A DNA stretch of 61,218 bases, filler included. It is 9 parts of 9 records of this genome, joined end to end, with 100 filler letters (N's around TTAATTAATTAA, not from the genome) between each part and the next. Parts side by side here need not be neighbours in the genome. Positions count along the whole stretch, not along the records: positions 1 to 5,999 come from SRR31147125_25518; positions 6,100 to 11,669 come from SRR31147125_25617; 7 more parts are not named here. One strand, 5' to 3'. The notes under the pieces are model-generated. The model did no database searches and was not told where the DNA came from. It was given only the letters and a program-made list of their open reading frames with translations. Made by a program: the position numbers and the translations under genes. Positions within the stretch are counted from its first letter, which is position 1, and every line of letters begins with the position of its first letter. Shown here in pieces: positions 1 to 9,047 of the stretch.

Positions 1-11
1 AGGACTTACCC
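1..11 (-). ncRNA. ffs: Probable 5' end of SRP RNA (4.5S), running off the window
   Basis: Minus strand reads GGGTAAGTCCT just after a Bacteroidota -7 element; resembles the 5' end of Bacteroidota SRP RNAs as I recall them. Only 11 nt visible. Confidence 0.35.
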
Positions 12-16
12 GGCGA

Positions 17-46
17 CAAAAGTAGAAAAAAAGGTATTCCCACAAA
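17..46 (-). promoter_or_regulatory. Bacteroidota housekeeping promoter (-33 TTTG / -7 TACTTTTG)
   Basis: TAnnTTTG at 24-17 and TTTG at 46-43 on the minus strand, 18-nt spacer. Confidence 0.5.
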
Positions 47-190
47 CGAAAATACACTTGTTGAGTATTTTTTTTCACCAAAAAAAACTAACCTACTAAG
101 TCTCAAATAAATATTGTTTCAAAATTTATTATCTTTCAGTTTCACTAGTAAAAATGCAACAGTACAACCTCTACAGATAAAAAAATCCAA

Positions 191-198
191 TATATTTG
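191..198 (+). promoter_or_regulatory. Bacteroidota -7 promoter element TATATTTG
   Basis: Exact TAnnTTTG match about 30 nt upstream of the ORF at 227. Confidence 0.5.
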
Positions 199-226
199 TT
201 AAACATATCTACTAAAAACTAAAATT

Positions 227-820
227 ATGGAACAAAAGTCACCTTTACTTAAGGCATCAATGAATGCCGGACTTATCCTGGCAGGAGTCTCAATTCTGAT
301 CAATGTTATTATATGGGTTACCAACTTAATGGAGACGATGGGCTTATTTGGCACCATGGGAATTGGCATTTTAATGTTATTGGTGACAGTAGTTATGCTT
401 GTTATTCTTACTAAAAACTACAGGATTAATCACCTCAACAATACAATCAATTTTAAAGAGGCTTTCTTTTTTGGCTTATTAGTTATTTTATTTAGCACTG
501 TCATTAGTTCTCTATATCAATACATCTTTAATAATTTCATTGATCCTGGTTATCAGGAACGCATTATGACCAGCATGCAAGAAAAGGTATATAATTTCAT
601 GTCTAGTAAAGGTATTCCTGATGCACAGATAGAAGAGTCAATGATTCAAATGCAGGAAAAAGGGACACCAACACCAATCGAAGTTCTGCAACAAAGTCTT
701 ATCTTTGGCTTTATTGGTGGTAGCATTATGTCTTTAATCAGTTCTGCAATTGTAAAAAAGAATAAAGACAATGATGACGCTTTTAATGAAGCAATGGAAG
801 AAGTTAAAACAGAAGAATAA
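227..820 (+). CDS. DUF4199-family membrane protein
   Basis: Four hydrophobic segments, FKEAFFFG and YIFNNFIDPGY motifs, typical position before a GT2 gene in Bacteroidota. Confidence 0.75.
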   Translation: MEQKSPLLKASMNAGLILAGVSILINVIIWVTNLMETMGLFGTMGIGILMLLVTVVMLVILTKNYRINHLNNTINFKEAFFFGLLVILFSTVISSLYQYIFNNFIDPGYQERIMTSMQEKVYNFMSSKGIPDAQIEESMIQMQEKGTPTPIEVLQQSLIFGFIGGSIMSLISSAIVKKNKDNDDAFNEAMEEVKTEE

Positions 821-826
821 TATAAA

Positions 827-1780
827 ATGGATATTTCCGTAGTTATTCCTTTACTGAATGAGGAAGAATCAATCCCGGAACTTGTTTCCTGGATTAAGGA
901 AGTTATGAATAAGCATGGTTTCAGTTATGAGATCATGCTTATTGATGATGGGAGCACCGATACTTCCTGGCAAGTTATTGAAACACTGTCAAAGGAAAAT
1001 CAAGAGATTAAAGGAATTAAATTTAGAAGGAACTATGGAAAGTCTGCGGCATTACATATAGGCTTTGATGATGTAGAAGGAGATGTAGTTATAACGATGG
1101 ATGCAGATCTTCAAGATAATCCGGAGGAAATTCCAGAACTGTATAGCATGATCATGGACGGTAAATTTGACCTAGTATCTGGCTGGAAGAAAAAACGTTA
1201 TGATCCAATCCTATCTAAAAATATTCCTTCAAAATTTTACAACTGGATTGCCCGCAGAAGTACAGGAATAAAGATTCACGACTTTAACTGTGGCTTAAAA
1301 GCCTATCGTAAGCAAGTAGTAAAAAGCATAGAGGTGTATGGTGAAATGCACCGATACATTCCCATTCTTGCAAAATGGGCTGGTTTCAAAAAGATTACAG
1401 AAAAGGTAGTCCAACATCAGGAACGGAAGTACGGCAAAACAAAATTTGGTTTTGAGCGTTTTATCCGAGGACCACTTGACCTACTCTCTGTTATTTTCAT
1501 TTCACGCTTTGGGAAACGCCCCATGCATTTCTTTGGTATTTTAGGAACAATTGTTTTTACAGTTGGACTTTTAGCTGCTACATGGGTTGGTATTAGTAAA
1601 CTCATTGCTCTATCAAAAAACATTGCCTCACCTCTGGTTACTGAAAGCCCCTACTTCTTTCTTGCTCTTACAGCGATGATTATTGGTAGTCAGCTTTTTT
1701 TAGCAGGTTTTATTGGCGAACTCGTCGGCAGAAACTCGAGTGAGCGTAACAAATACCTTATTGAGAAGAAAACAGATTAA
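827..1780 (+). CDS. Glycosyltransferase family 2 (ArnC/DPM1-like polyprenol-phosphate glycosyltransferase)
   Basis: ISVVIPLLNEEE, IDDGSTD, RNYGKSAA, MDADLQD, HDFNCGLKAYR; two C-terminal TM helices. Confidence 0.92.
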   Translation: MDISVVIPLLNEEESIPELVSWIKEVMNKHGFSYEIMLIDDGSTDTSWQVIETLSKENQEIKGIKFRRNYGKSAALHIGFDDVEGDVVITMDADLQDNPEEIPELYSMIMDGKFDLVSGWKKKRYDPILSKNIPSKFYNWIARRSTGIKIHDFNCGLKAYRKQVVKSIEVYGEMHRYIPILAKWAGFKKITEKVVQHQERKYGKTKFGFERFIRGPLDLLSVIFISRFGKRPMHFFGILGTIVFTVGLLAATWVGISKLIALSKNIASPLVTESPYFFLALTAMIIGSQLFLAGFIGELVGRNSSERNKYLIEKKTD

Positions 1781-1840
1781 TGGATCAAGTTCAACAAAAC
1801 TATCTATTGAATTAATTCAACAATCACATAAGACACAACT

Positions 1841-2983
1841 CTAATTAGCCCAATAGTCTACCAGAGAAGGATTACGTTTAACATACCTTTTCATCTTCTT
1901 ATTAACTTTCTCATTTACCGGAGTATATATTTCAAAAAATCGAAATGCCTTTTTCGCTATATAACGATTATCGTGATTCATTAAATTAGCAATTACCATC
2001 TCATCATCAACAGACAATGAATGATGAATCGATATTAATTCTAAAACACCTTTTACGATTGATCCATTATACGCCGACAGATTATTAATAAGCCTGCTTA
2101 TAATGAGTGGATTTAATGTTGGTACTTTTTCAAAAGCATTTAAAATTTTTTGTTTAATCAAATATCCCCTTTCATCAAAAGCCGAAAACAATTTCAACTG
2201 AACAGTTTCATTTGCGAGAGCTTCGTTAGTTAATGCGCCAATAGCCAGGCTTGAAATTGTTAAATCGTGCTCTTTCGTAAGCTCAATTAGCCTAGCAATT
2301 AGCTCATCATTCATTTCCATTTCAATTGGAAAATTACTCAAGCCCCAGGCAATATCGTTTATATTCTCGGAAGAGATCACCTTTAACATCAGATTCTCAT
2401 CAAGCTCAGAACGGGTAATTTTTTGAATTTCACTTTTTGTTGTACCATGAACCAAATGCCATAACATATAGGTAGAATAAACCGCACCTTCAACAATATA
2501 ATCTTTAACGTCAGCTATTGTTGCAGAAGAAATAGCATCGACATCATCACTACCAAGCGGTATCAATTCATTTAAACTATAGTTTTTAAGTGGTGATAAT
2601 GGATCACTTATTAATCTATGAATTTTGAGATATTCTCCTTCCTCAAACTCAACATGATCAGTTTTACTAAAAAACTCGCTTTCAGGCAATTCAAATCCAA
2701 GATATCGTCCTGTTAGCGACCAATACAAAACAACATCAAAAGGTCTACATTCATTTTTCATGCAAATTTCAGATTGAATTCTTCTTGAAAAAGAATGCAG
2801 CAGCCCATTGCTATATCTTTTCACTAGAAAACCCTCTAAAATAGAATCGCTTAAAGCAACTTCAACACCAACAAACTCTCCTCCACTAAAAGTGGCTTCA
2901 TTCATCAATATGCGTTTTTTGGGTTGGAAGCCAAAAACCAATAATAAAACACATGATATTATAATGATCCTTTTAAAATTCAT
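1841..2983 (-). CDS. Exported hypothetical protein with alpha-helical (HEAT-like) C-terminal half
   Basis: 380-aa ORF with signal peptide; DAISSAT and GAVYSTYMLWH motifs; no function recognised. Confidence 0.65.
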   Translation of the reverse strand: MNFKRIIIISCVLLLVFGFQPKKRILMNEATFSGGEFVGVEVALSDSILEGFLVKRYSNGLLHSFSRRIQSEICMKNECRPFDVVLYWSLTGRYLGFELPESEFFSKTDHVEFEEGEYLKIHRLISDPLSPLKNYSLNELIPLGSDDVDAISSATIADVKDYIVEGAVYSTYMLWHLVHGTTKSEIQKITRSELDENLMLKVISSENINDIAWGLSNFPIEMEMNDELIARLIELTKEHDLTISSLAIGALTNEALANETVQLKLFSAFDERGYLIKQKILNAFEKVPTLNPLIISRLINNLSAYNGSIVKGVLELISIHHSLSVDDEMVIANLMNHDNRYIAKKAFRFFEIYTPVNEKVNKKMKRYVKRNPSLVDYWAN

Positions 2984-3157
2984 TGACTTACTAACAGATT
3001 ATAATGAGAAGTTGTTTGAAGTAAACTATAATTATTCACTCAATACTTATCACGTGAAGGCTATCTTATTAAATAATTGTCAATATAAAAAGACTCTTGA
3101 ACTAATTCGCATAAATCAGCTTATCGATTTGTTAGTTTTGTCTCAAACAACGTTACT

Positions 3158-4480
3158 TTGATAAAACAAAAGCTTAATAATTTTCCATTTAAGCCAGCTA
3201 AGTCTATCGTTTACTACGGTTGGTTCATTTTGGTTTTTGCAACTATTGGTGTTGTTATGAGTTCCCCAGGTCAAACCATGGGAGTTTCAACATTTACTGA
3301 TCATTTACTTGATGCTCTTGGCCTTAGCCGCGACCAATTAAGCCTCGCATATATGCTTGGTACAATTTTAAGTTCACTTTTTATTACATACGGAGGAAAA
3401 CTATACGACCGAATTGGAGCCAGGTGGCTAGGCGTTACCATTACCTGGTTACTAGGTTCAATACTATTAGTACTTAGCCAGGTGGATCATATTGCATTTT
3501 CAATTGGCGAATTCCTGCATCTGACAAACCACCAGTTTTATGTCACTTTTATTCTAATTCTTCTTTGCTTTTTTATTCTTCGGTTTTCCGGACAAGGAGT
3601 ACTAACCATGCTTTCGCGAAACATGTTAATGAAATGGTTTATTGCAAAACGTGGATTTGTTAGTGGATTAAGTAGTGTATTAGTTTCATTAGGTTTTTCG
3701 CTTTCTCCACTCATATTCAACTTTCTAATTGAAGGAAATGGATGGCGTGAAGCATGGATTATTATGGCAATTGTATGTGGTTTTGGCTTTTCAATTTTTG
3801 TATTTCTATTTTTTAGAGATAATCCTGAAGATTGCAACTTAAAGCCAGATGGGAATACTGATATTAATAAAGCCAAAAACATAAAGGCTAAAGCAGAAAA
3901 ACAGTTTACTCTAAAAGAAGCAAAAAAGACTTTAACATTTTGGGTATTTGCATTTTCGCTCTCTATGTTTGCGATGTACTATACGGGTTTTACATTTCAT
4001 TTAATTTCGATATTTGAAGAAGCAGGAATGGATAAAATGAAAGCCCTTTCGGTATTCCTTCCAGCTTCTATAATTTCTGTTACAATAACATTAAGTGGAG
4101 GATGGCTAAGTGATCGTATTCAATTAAAAATACTCCTTTTAGCCTTTTTAACTGGAGGCATGATATCAATGGTATCGCTATCAATGCTGAGCGGTACTGT
4201 TTCATATGTAATGCTAATTGTTGGCAACGCTATTATAAATGGTTTATTTAGTGTACTTATGTCTGTTAGCTGGCCTCGTTTTTTTGGTCGCAAATACTTG
4301 GGAGAGATTAGTGGTTTTGCCATGTCACTGGTCGTTTTCTTTAGTGCCCTTGGACCTCTTATTTTCAGTTATTCACTTTCATTATTTGGCAGTTACCAAA
4401 TGGCCTGCTGGTTTTGTCTGGGATTATCACTCATTTATTTTACAGTTGCCTTTAAAGCAAATAATCCACAAGAGAAATAG
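3158..4480 (+). CDS. MFS transporter
   Basis: YYGWFIL N-terminus, GKLYDRIGAR and GWLSDRI MFS loop motifs, about 12 TM segments. Confidence 0.88.
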   Translation: MIKQKLNNFPFKPAKSIVYYGWFILVFATIGVVMSSPGQTMGVSTFTDHLLDALGLSRDQLSLAYMLGTILSSLFITYGGKLYDRIGARWLGVTITWLLGSILLVLSQVDHIAFSIGEFLHLTNHQFYVTFILILLCFFILRFSGQGVLTMLSRNMLMKWFIAKRGFVSGLSSVLVSLGFSLSPLIFNFLIEGNGWREAWIIMAIVCGFGFSIFVFLFFRDNPEDCNLKPDGNTDINKAKNIKAKAEKQFTLKEAKKTLTFWVFAFSLSMFAMYYTGFTFHLISIFEEAGMDKMKALSVFLPASIISVTITLSGGWLSDRIQLKILLLAFLTGGMISMVSLSMLSGTVSYVMLIVGNAIINGLFSVLMSVSWPRFFGRKYLGEISGFAMSLVVFFSALGPLIFSYSLSLFGSYQMACWFCLGLSLIYFTVAFKANNPQEK

Positions 4481-4498
4481 TTATTGTCTTAAGATTTT

Positions 4499-4506
4499 TA
4501 TCTTTG
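4499..4506 (+). promoter_or_regulatory. Bacteroidota -7 element TATCTTTG
   Basis: TAnnTTTG match about 30 nt before the ATG at 4534. Confidence 0.5.
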
Positions 4507-4533
4507 TTAGTCTAAATCAACCATCTAATACAA

Positions 4534-5999
4534 ATGAAGAATCATTCTGTACGTTTAATAATTATCTACATCTTATTTATTGCTTCTAGCTGTACCACAT
4601 CAAAAAATGGTGAATGGGTTAAGCTATTTAACGGAACTGATTTAACAAACTGGGAGGCCAATGAAAACCCAGAATCTTTCCGAATTATTGATGGAACTAT
4701 TTTTTGCGATGGAAAAAGGTCTCATCTGTTTTACAAAGGAGACTTTCACAAAGGAGTATTTAAAAACTTTGAGTTCAAGGCCAAGGTAAAAACACTCCCC
4801 AGTTCAAACTCAGGAATTATTTTTCATACACAGGAACAATCTCATGGACCTCTGCTAGTAGGATATGAAGTACAGATTAATAATTCTTTTAAACGAGAAG
4901 GTGATTTTCAAGAATTAAAGAAAACTGGCAGTATTTATGGCTATCGGAATGTTTACTTTCCTACTCACAATGATGAAGAATGGTTTGAACTTCATTTTAA
5001 AGTTATTGAAAATTCAGTTGTAGTTTTTGTAAATGGCACAAAAGTGAATGAATATATTCAACCAGATGATCCTTGGCGTAGAAAAAATGACAAATACAAA
5101 CTATTCAACAAAGGGAGAATTGCAATTCAATGCCATGATGAACATAGTAAAACCTATTTTAAAGACATTGAAATAAAAGTACTTCCAGATAGCAAGAAAA
5201 TTGCTCCTCATACAGATAAAGAATGGGATACAAAGATTACAAAGTTACACCATGCTAATTTTCCGCTTATTGATTATCATGTACACTTAAAAGGTGGATT
5301 AACAATTGACGAAGCAATTGAAAACTCGATGAAACTTGGTATCAATTACGGCATAGCTCCAAACTGTGGACTTCACTTTCCGGTTACTGACGACACTTCG
5401 TTGTTTGCATATATGGATACTGTAAAATCTAAACCTATTTTTAAAGGAATGCAGGCAGAAGGCCGTGAATGGATAACCTTATTCTCACCTGAAGCAATTG
5501 CAAAATTTGATTATGTATTTACTGATGCAATGACCTGGACTGATAAAGATGGACACCGAATGCGCCTCTGGATTCCAGAGGAGGTTTATATAAAAAGTGA
5601 AGAGGACTTTATGAACCAATTGATTTCAAAAATTGAAAACATCATCTCTAAAGAGCCAATTGACATTCATGTAAACCCGACTTACTTACCTGCAAAAATT
5701 GCAGACAAATATGATGAATTATGGACAGACGAACGAATCGATCGATTTGTTAAGGTACTTGCTGAAAATAATGTTGCACTTGAGATTAATTCACGATTGA
5801 GATTACCTTCAGAAAAAATACTTCGTAAAGCAAAAGAAGCGGGAGTAAAATTTACCTTTGGAACAAACAATGTAACCAATGCGTTGGGAAGACTTGATTA
5901 TTCTTTCGAAATGATTGATAAACTCAAACTCACCTATAAAGATATGTTTCTTCCAAAACCGAAAGGACAAAAACCAGTTCAAATTAAAGGGCTACCTAT
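4534..5999 (+). CDS. Lipoprotein, DUF1080 (3-keto-disaccharide hydrolase-like) domain fused to a PHP-like metal-binding domain; 3' truncated
   Basis: Lipobox ASSC; WVKLFNGTDLTNW, NSGIIFH, GYEVQI, GRIAIQCH, FKDIEIK; then IDYHVH and ALEINSR...FTFGTN (PHP-like). Confidence 0.75.
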
Positions 6000-6099
6000 N
6001 NNNNNNNNNNNNNNNNNNNNNNNNNNNNNNNNNNNNNNNNNNNTTAATTAATTAANNNNNNNNNNNNNNNNNNNNNNNNNNNNNNNNNNNNNNNNNNNN
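6000..6099. other. Artificial contig spacer
   Basis: N44-TTAATTAATTAA-N44, stops in all six frames. Confidence 0.99.
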
Positions 6100-6182
6100 G
6101 TTTTCCAATTTCTGTTTTCAACTGGTTTATGCCCCAGGACCACCATATAGGCCCAAGGCTCTCTTATTGATAATGCTTTCAT
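6100..6182 (-). CDS. ASCH-domain protein (5' fragment)
   Basis: MKALSIREPWAYMVVLGHKPVENRNWK matches the ASCH signature (ALSI.QPWA..I..G.K..ENR.W); AAGGAAG RBS upstream. Confidence 0.8.
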
Positions 6183-6210
6183 AAACTCTTCCTTCAATCG
6201 GAAATTTTTT

Positions 6211-6486
6211 TCACCGATCACGGTTGAGATAGTTTTGATAAGGTTCATCATACCTATCGTATTTGTTGTCGATACTGTTTGACGCCCCATCCTTCGTACT
6301 GAGCCAGCCCATATAACCCGAGTCATTCAGGTGCCCGGATGAGTAAGAGATATTTGATGAAGATTCTCTATTGAGAAGGCCGAGGGCAAATTTGATTCCT
6401 AAATATGCAGCCAGGGCGGTGACAAGAAATGAAGCGATTAAGATGTAATCGTCTGTGATATTGTTGAATACTCCCGTTAAATCCAT
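6211..6486 (-). CDS. Leaderless paralogue of the major coat protein with a 51-aa C-terminal extension
   Basis: First 40 aa align with mature pVIII (23 identities); GGAGG RBS at 6497-6493. Confidence 0.85.
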   Translation of the reverse strand: MDLTGVFNNITDDYILIASFLVTALAAYLGIKFALGLLNRESSSNISYSSGHLNDSGYMGWLSTKDGASNSIDNKYDRYDEPYQNYLNRDR

Positions 6487-6519
6487 TTTTTACCTCCATA
6501 TGGGTTAATATTAAATTCA

Positions 6520-6852
6520 CTATCCTTTATGAAAAAAACCAATGACAAAACGCATTACGACGAAAGTGGCCAGGATCTGAAAGCATGCCTGAAGCTGTAT
6601 TCTTTCTGCTATCCAAGCGGCAAGGCCGGTTAGCTGAACAAAAGTTCCTTCATAAGCACTATCGGTTAGATAGCTGCTGACAAATTCCATGAATTTTTCG
6701 CCAACCAGGGTGTAACATTTGTAAATTGCCCACGGAACAAGGACAGTGATAAGGGCAATCATAAGGGCTTTGAACGCAGTCCAGAGGAATATGGTAAGGA
6801 GGATTGATTTTGCAAAGCTGATGATTTTTGAAAAGTCAAATACTGGTATCAT
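6520..6852 (-). CDS. Minor coat protein pVI-like
   Basis: 110-aa hydrophobic protein starting immediately after the pIII stop; size and position fit pVI. Confidence 0.75.
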   Translation of the reverse strand: MIPVFDFSKIISFAKSILLTIFLWTAFKALMIALITVLVPWAIYKCYTLVGEKFMEFVSSYLTDSAYEGTFVQLTGLAAWIAERIQLQACFQILATFVVMRFVIGFFHKG

Positions 6853-8130
6853 TTAGAACCTCCTTCCGGTAACAACGTGGATAAGGCCAGTTAATGTGGT
6901 AAGGGCTACAAGGAGGTTGCCAAAGGCAATGAGGCCGTCTTCCAGGGGGCTGATATCAATGTAATGCTGACCGAGGTATCCCAGATCCAGAGAGGTTGTT
7001 GCGCTGGCGTCACTGTATTCAAATCCGCTTTCACTGAGGACAGTAGAAATCGGGTTAGAGTCTATAAATTCTGTTATCCAGGTTTCTTCTGCGAGGGGGC
7101 CATGGGCTTGATAGTCTCCGTCTTCTCCTTCGGTGATGGTCGGGTCAATCTGATCACCCAGGGCAGATTCAACGTCATAGTCTTCAAAAGTTTCTTGTCC
7201 GGTTTCTGCTACGGCTTCCTGTTCTTCACTTGCAGCTGATTCGCTTTCAGCTCTTTCATTCATCAGAATCAGATTGTTTTCCATATTCTGGATAGCTGCG
7301 TTAAGGGCATAGGCGTATTCGCCAATACGTTTGGTATTACTCGCTATATCTCCGGTATTATCAATGATGTCTCTTAGAGCGGCATCCCCGGTTTCTGTTC
7401 CGTCACTCTGTTCACCGCCTTGTAGGGTAGGGTCTGTATCTGCATCTGCGTCACCATCAGAATCTTCGTTTGAAACGGCGGGATTTTCATATGTGTCTTC
7501 ACCATCTTCTGCATCTGTCATCGTTTCACCAGAACTGCATACATCAGAAGGATCTATCCAGGCGGAATTTTCTCTATATCGAGTCACCAGGGAATTATCG
7601 TATGCAGATCCTATGCAGTAGTAGTCTCCACGGTCAGTTTCATAACATTCCCGAACGTGGTCGCTGTCCCATTGATTATCCGAAGTTTGATAGGATACGA
7701 GTTTTATTGAATATGATGTGGAATCGTCCGGGTAGGCGTCGCAATCGTCTGGGAGACCGTCGTTGTCGGTGTCTTGAACTTCACAGCTCACACCAGATGG
7801 TAATACAATATAATAATTAATATACAATCCTTCTCGATGTCCATGAGCTACATAATCTAATCCAGTATCAGTATCAGTATAAGTACCTGCCGATGTATAA
7901 GGAGAAAAAAAATCCCCAACAGTGTCAGGAGTATCGCCATCATCATATTGAGTTTGGGTAATAAAACCCAAAAAGGTTAAATTATATCCATCCCAAATAG
8001 TCTCAAAATAGGATATAGCTGAATTACCAGCGTCACCACCACCACATTCATCTGCATAAGCCAATCTAAAGGCCATAAAAGGTAAAATCAGACCCAAAAG
8101 AAAATATATCAATGCTCTTGATGGTTTCAT
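6853..8130 (-). CDS. Adsorption protein pIII-like (425 aa)
   Basis: Signal peptide ending AYA, acidic low-complexity linkers, TSP3-like DTDNDGLPDDCD motif, C-terminal TM anchor followed by GRRF; follows pVIII. Confidence 0.8.
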   Translation of the reverse strand: MKPSRALIYFLLGLILPFMAFRLAYADECGGGDAGNSAISYFETIWDGYNLTFLGFITQTQYDDGDTPDTVGDFFSPYTSAGTYTDTDTGLDYVAHGHREGLYINYYIVLPSGVSCEVQDTDNDGLPDDCDAYPDDSTSYSIKLVSYQTSDNQWDSDHVRECYETDRGDYYCIGSAYDNSLVTRYRENSAWIDPSDVCSSGETMTDAEDGEDTYENPAVSNEDSDGDADADTDPTLQGGEQSDGTETGDAALRDIIDNTGDIASNTKRIGEYAYALNAAIQNMENNLILMNERAESESAASEEQEAVAETGQETFEDYDVESALGDQIDPTITEGEDGDYQAHGPLAEETWITEFIDSNPISTVLSESGFEYSDASATTSLDLGYLGQHYIDISPLEDGLIAFGNLLVALTTLTGLIHVVTGRRF

Positions 8131-8145
8131 GTTGCCACCTTTAAT

Positions 8146-8181
8146 AAAAAAAGGGCAGGTGGACAGCCACCCACCCTTTTT
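8146..8181 (-). terminator. Rho-independent terminator after the major coat gene
   Basis: GGGTGGGTGG-CTGT-CCACCTGCCC-T7 on the minus strand; same position as the Ff-phage central terminator. Confidence 0.85.
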
Positions 8182-8215
8182 AGGTTTTGGGGAATCATGG
8201 AAGATCAATCAAGGA

Positions 8216-8437
8216 TCAGCGGCCCAGGAGGGCGATCCCCTTTTTAATACCCCAGAACGCGACCAGGGCGGTGATCAGGAAGGTGGCAATGGTGATGTAA
8301 TCCGTGGTGTCCACAGATACGCCGGTGAGATCCAGGGCGGCATGGGCCGGGGTGGTTGCCAGGAAGGTGGCAGCGGAAATGCCGATGCCTACGAGTACAC
8401 CGTGGAGCTTTCTTGTGCAAAACTGAATTTTTTTCAT
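8216..8437 (-). CDS. Major coat protein pVIII-like (33-aa signal peptide + 40-aa mature protein)
   Basis: MKK...TPAHA|ALDLTGVSVDTTDYITIATFLITALVAFWGIKKGIALLGR: acidic N-terminus, TM helix, basic C-terminus; GAGG RBS; GC3-rich codons. Confidence 0.88.
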   Translation of the reverse strand: MKKIQFCTRKLHGVLVGIGISAATFLATTPAHAALDLTGVSVDTTDYITIATFLITALVAFWGIKKGIALLGR

Positions 8438-8468
8438 AATAACCTCTCTTTTTTCACACGGGTTTTGA

Positions 8469-8573
8469 TTAAATGTTGATAATGACGCCAAGCCAGAAGA
8501 GCCCGGCGACAACAATGCCTGCAAGGCCCATAAGGCTCTGCTGAATGATGGTTTCTGTTAAAACGAGTTCCAT
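8469..8573 (-). CDS. Small membrane protein, pIX-like (34 aa; not in the ORF track)
   Basis: MELVLTETIIQQSLMGLAGIVVAGLFWLGVIINI with GGAGGA RBS; position just before pVIII. Confidence 0.75.
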   Translation of the reverse strand: MELVLTETIIQQSLMGLAGIVVAGLFWLGVIINI

Positions 8574-8586
8574 GATTCCTCCAAAA

Positions 8587-8736
8587 TTATGCCCGCTGGA
8601 TCAATTTCATGATGCAGATGGGCACAAACGCTAACAGGCCACCGGCGCTGACAAGGGAAAAGAAGAAATTGAACATGTCTGCGCCTTCCACGCCTGTAAT
8701 AAACTCGATTACTATGAGGGAGTTGCCGTCAATCAT
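8587..8736 (-). CDS. Small membrane protein, pVII-like (49 aa)
   Basis: MIDGNSLIVIEF...PICIMKLIQRA; ATGA overlap with the pV-like stop; one TM segment. Confidence 0.7.
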   Translation of the reverse strand: MIDGNSLIVIEFITGVEGADMFNFFFSLVSAGGLLAFVPICIMKLIQRA

Positions 8737-8987
8737 AATACTTCCAGAAGGGTGACGGCCTGGCCTGACATGTTGCTGTTTGACCAGTGGTTGATGCTGC
8801 ATTTGAGTTTGACCGGGGTGTTGGGTTTGTGGCTTCGGCTTAGGTCCAGGTCTTTGATTTTGACAATATCCGCGTCTCCGTTATTGATCTGCATGACGGA
8901 GAGCAGCTGGTGGGGTTTGAACTCCTGACCAGCTTCAGGTTGTCTGATTTTGCTGGTAACGAACTGGCCTTCTACGATTGCAATCAT
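8733..8987 (-). CDS. ssDNA-binding protein pV-like (84 aa)
   Basis: Beta-rich OB-fold-like pattern, size and position before the small coat genes; GGAGG RBS at 8999-8995. Confidence 0.65.
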   Translation of the reverse strand: MIAIVEGQFVTSKIRQPEAGQEFKPHQLLSVMQINNGDADIVKIKDLDLSRSHKPNTPVKLKCSINHWSNSNMSGQAVTLLEVL

Positions 8988-9047
8988 TACTAAACCTCCA
9001 TTAATGGGATTTATTTTTAATGCCCGGCAAAACACCGGGCCGGATGG

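Noticed and set aside
6183-6326. Upstream extension of the ASCH ORF given in the track (start 6326)
   Set aside because: It overlaps the coat paralogue; the ATG at 6182 has an RBS and matches the usual ASCH N-terminus.
6211-8437. Coat duplication as a DGR template/variable repeat or an inversion system
   Set aside because: Nucleotide identity is limited to short patches, differences are not adenine-specific, and no reverse transcriptase or invertase is visible.
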